DNA of 64,000 nt from Mantamonas sphyraenae STR306 (lineage: Eukaryota > Protista > CRuMs), in assembly GCA_026936335.1 (NCBI GenBank), contig JAPMXV010000074.1, forward strand, positions 62,001 through 126,000, in the 5' to 3' direction. The notes beneath the pieces were generated by a model. The model had not been told where the DNA came from, did not search any database, and saw only the letters and a list, made by a program, of their open reading frames with translations. The position numbers and the translations under genes are program-made. The first letter of the stretch is position 1, and each line of letters opens with the position of its first letter. Positions 62,921 through 64,000 of this stretch are shown here, piece by piece.

Positions 62921-64000
62921 TCAGCCAGAGAGCAGGGAGCGTGCCACATGAAAGAGAATCCTGTCCATGATCTCCACTGGCTGCGTGTGCCAGGCATGCG
63001 TGGGTGTGTACTCTTGCACAGAGCCAACGGCAAACATGCGCTCTTCTTCGGTGCTGTTCATGGCCATGATGGTCTCCATGGCTGTGTCGACCGCACGTGG
63101 AAACACATGATGGCGTTCCATGGCCCACCGCACCGGGGTGCGTGTCAACACGTGCTGGTACATGATATGGAAGCGACGCAGGACATCGGAGCCATCCACA
63201 AGCATGTGCAGCGCCAGATTGGGCGCAGAGAGGGGTTTGTCCGCATCCTGACCGTGTTTGAGTCTCTCCAGCGTCGACTGTGGTGGATCTGCACCACACA
63301 TCACCAGGATGTAGCACACCTTGGGTGTTGACCATGGGATGGTGGAGTCCAACGCGTGCAGGATGGCGTGTGGGGTGTCTGGCGAGTCGACATCACCCAA
63401 GTTGACCAACACCAGCTTCAGCACCTCCAAATTGGGTTGGTACACCATCATGATCCACTGGAATATCCTGTTCATGTCCCATGCTTCGGCACAATGTCCC
63501 ATGACCAGGGACAGAACGGCGACGGGCAATCCGTTGGTGAGCACCTCCTGCACATCCTCGTCCTGGAACACAATGCCCAAATCAACCACCAATTGCATCA
63601 TTTCGATGGATCCTGCATGCATGCATGCCCGTGCGTACTCGCGCGTCTTGAAACGCACGGTGTCGCCTGCTAGCTGGCCGAGTGCAGCAGCAATCACACG
63701 TGCGCTCCCGTGTGCTCGCTCTCCAATGGCGTTGATGAGTGGATCGGTGGATGTGGAGTGTTCATCCAACACTTCGGGACGGTGTGCAATGATGCACTCG
63801 ACCATGGAGGCTGCATCGGTGGCCACAGCTCGGGAGAACGCCTGCCGCACTGTGCGTGCGTCTCCGCCTCGACTGCTGCTGCAAAGGAGGGCATTCATCA
63901 CATCTACGTTGCCCACACTCACAGCAATCATGATGGTGGACGATGCGGAGCGGTGGAGGCTGGCGTCACGCACCACGGCACCGTGTTCCAACAGCAGCGA
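62921..64000 (-). CDS. Ankyrin-repeat-like protein with C-terminal W..HHxFP...PxEI motif (5' end outside window)
   Basis: Degenerate ANK repeats (LLEHGA, IMIAVSVGNVDVMNALL, LVMCGAD); tail RWAMERHHVFPRAV...QPVEIMDRILFHV. Confidence 0.6.
   Translation of the reverse strand, partial: SLLLEHGAVVRDASLHRSASSTIMIAVSVGNVDVMNALLCSSSRGGDARTVRQAFSRAVATDAASMVECIIAHRPEVLDEHSTSTDPLINAIGERAHGSARVIAAALGQLAGDTVRFKTREYARACMHAGSIEMMQLVVDLGIVFQDEDVQEVLTNGLPVAVLSLVMGHCAEAWDMNRIFQWIMMVYQPNLEVLKLVLVNLGDVDSPDTPHAILHALDSTIPWSTPKVCYILVMCGADPPQSTLERLKHGQDADKPLSAPNLALHMLVDGSDVLRRFHIMYQHVLTRTPVRWAMERHHVFPRAVDTAMETIMAMNSTEEERMFAVGSVQEYTPTHAWHTQPVEIMDRILFHVARSLLSG

Noticed and set aside
1-64000. Ubiquitin-system gene cluster (E2, NEDD8, HECT, RING, ANK adaptor)
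   Set aside because: Genes are dispersed among unrelated housekeeping genes and such domains are common in eukaryotes; no evidence of functional linkage without synteny data.
1-64000. Alternative genetic code; CRISPR arrays, tRNA or rRNA genes
   Set aside because: TAA, TAG and TGA all terminate conserved genes at expected positions; no repeat-spacer arrays or tRNA/rRNA signatures were seen.

Overview
Gene-dense, GC-rich nuclear DNA of a flagellated unicellular eukaryote. It uses the standard code, has short GT-AG introns often carrying (CA)n/(GT)n, and intergenic gaps of about 70-200 bp; the species cannot be named from sequence alone. About 17 protein genes: BIRC6-type E2 (5' truncated), RasGEF, EF-hand protein, ArfGAP-PH-PH, PAN2, two eS30 copies, glycine-cleavage T protein, axonemal dynein heavy chain, mitochondrial aconitase, NEDD8/Rub1, RPC5, a giant Kelch-filamin-kinase-HECT fusion, NEK kinase, P4-ATPase, a coiled-coil-RING-cNMP protein and an ankyrin-like protein (5' truncated). 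The main structural feature is a pair of ~1.6 kb inverted repeats (16012-17623 / 19315-20936). Each arm holds a whole intron-containing RPS30 gene plus an intronic C/D snoRNA with compensated non-canonical boxes, and the two arms tightly enclose the gcvT gene as a potentially invertible cassette; the right arm has a TSD-like direct repeat. Other highlights: two unusual signalling-E3 ligase architectures, a NEDD8 lacking Gly76, a candidate stand-alone H/ACA-like RNA, multi-kb GC-skew domains, and nine single-base frameshifts in conserved genes (most likely assembly indels). All calls are by eye; no searches were run.
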